From: Carcharhinus amblyrhynchos
Lineage: Eukaryota
Assembly: GCA_965287045.1 (NCBI GenBank)
Contig: OZ336890.1
Span: forward strand, 25,606,001-25,670,000
Direction: 5' to 3'
DNA: 64,000 bases
Shown here: piece after piece, positions 62,626 through 64,000 of the stretch
Layout of the letters: the number at the start of each line of letters is the position of its first letter
Numbering within the stretch: the first letter of the stretch is position 1
The notes under the pieces: model-generated
Seen by the model: the letters and a program-made list of their open reading frames with translations, nothing else
Databases searched by the model: none
What the model was told of the DNA's origin: nothing
Program-made: the position numbers and the translations under genes

Positions 62626-62910
62626 TGTTGTAATGTGGCCAGTGGTAACAAGCAGTAAGGGTCAGCTGACCCAGTAAACCACGTAACCAATGACAGAATG
62701 ATGTGATGATCAGTTGACCAGCTGACTCAGTATAAATTAGAACATGTTAGGAATTGTGGGGAACTTGGAATGGCCCAGGGTGAGGCCTCAAGTTTGGAGT
62801 AATGAAGTTTCTTTATTAAGCCTTTTCTTTGATTTATAAGTTGAAGTAGGTTTTGTTATATTTTTATTATCTACTTTTGAAGAGATCCTTCTGGATTAAC
62901 ATGGCTGAGA
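62626..62910 (+). mobile_element. Possible degraded LTR (Gypsy-like)
   Basis: TGTT...AACA termini (62626/62901), internal TATAAA (62731), followed immediately by PBS-like TGGC; no partner LTR in the window. Confidence 0.3.
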
Positions 62911-64000
62911 TGCCAGGCGGATTCCTTGGTTTTTTGATTGAGTGCCGTAGTCTACACTCTGGTTTAGCCTTTTGGTTTTATGTACATCTACACTAAGAAC
63001 ATGAAACATTGACTATGTTGCTCATTATGCAATAAAGTGTTACTTGCTGACTCTTAATGTATTTACTTCAGTTCAAAGTGAAAGTGATGATTGAAGTCTT
63101 ATAGTCGAGCTCAGTATGAAACATAGCTAATGCTTCTAATTATGCAATATTCAGATCTTCATTAAGTGTGAAAGCCAGAAAGACAGAAAGAAAGGCCTGT
63201 CACGATTTTAACTTGAGATAAGCGTTGATGGTGAAATCTAAGAGGAAGGAGTGCTGCTCCCTGTCCACCTCAGTGGAAAGGGACTGAAGTTTGATAAATA
63301 CAGGCCCCAGTTGCAACATTGAGATATGCACGTCTTTTTAATTGCCTGCTGAAGGCCCAAATGGCTGTCCAGCTTTGAAAACTGGGAGGTAATTATTCAT
63401 TTCAAGAAAGATTCTTTGTGGGTCAGGAAAAGCAGAAGTCTTCGGCCTGACCCCATGACATTACCTTGGGTCTCCTCTGTCTGGGCTTCTCTTTGAGATC
63501 ACAGAGTTTCCAATTCCATATTTATTCTGTCAGGGATGGTTTTTCTAGGTCTTCAGCAGTAGGCTGAACCTGCTTGAGCTTTGACCTTTGACCTTCACCT
63601 CCTGGTGCTTTATTCATTCCTGTTAGTGAGTGAGTGTTGCAGCATCTGAATGAAGCTGGTGGTTAACATTTCACTGGTCTCACAATCCAGGATGCTCTTG
63701 TTTCACCACCTGCTTCAGCTGCCAGACCCCTGATTTCCACCAGAGTTCAAATCAGCCTTATAATTCCCATCTGCAATGGTATTTGGCACTGTTCTGCCAA
63801 TTTTTGATGTTATGTACCATGTAAAATGAAATAAGCTCATGACTGAAAGCCCAGTAGAGAAATTAACCTTCATGCTTTCTTTTGACACAATGAAAGAACA
63901 CCAAATTACAGTACATATTAAAAGTAAATAAAGTTTTGCAGTATCTGTACGTGTTTGAAGCACTTTTCTCCCTTATTTTCTCCTTAGCTCTCATTAACTT

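Noticed and set aside
1-64000. CRISPR array, phage or prokaryotic operon
   Set aside because: No regularly spaced repeats or gene-dense regions; the content is vertebrate intronic DNA.

Overview
Eukaryotic, repeat-rich vertebrate DNA. The repeat repertoire (HE1/V-SINE-type tRNA-SINEs, CR1/HER1-like and L2 LINEs, Deu-domain SINEs, Penelope-like elements, Harbinger MITEs) points to a cartilaginous fish, probably a shark (inference from recalled consensus sequences). No prokaryotic features, CRISPR arrays, rRNA or intact tRNA genes are present, and nearly all ORFs in the supplied track are repeat-derived or spurious. The only credible host coding sequence is a 102-nt ATG-initiated exon on the minus strand (55632-55531, MLCSMANSGCILLSNSAMLPHTIPCTPAFLFLQE, then a GTAAGT donor). 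It resembles an alternative first coding exon of an RBFOX-family gene, probably RBFOX3, so most of the window would be one large intron with enhancer-like AT-rich blocks. Most notable structures: Penelope terminal repeats carrying minimal hammerhead-ribozyme motifs in inverted or fold-back pairs, an unexplained 84-bp long-range inverted repeat (43988-45670), a CR1 insertion with twin-priming-like inversion, and two ~1-kb Harbinger-type MITEs with intact TIRs and 3-bp TSDs. I found no convincing evidence of a wholly new biological system. Repeat boundaries are approximate and all family assignments were made by eye.
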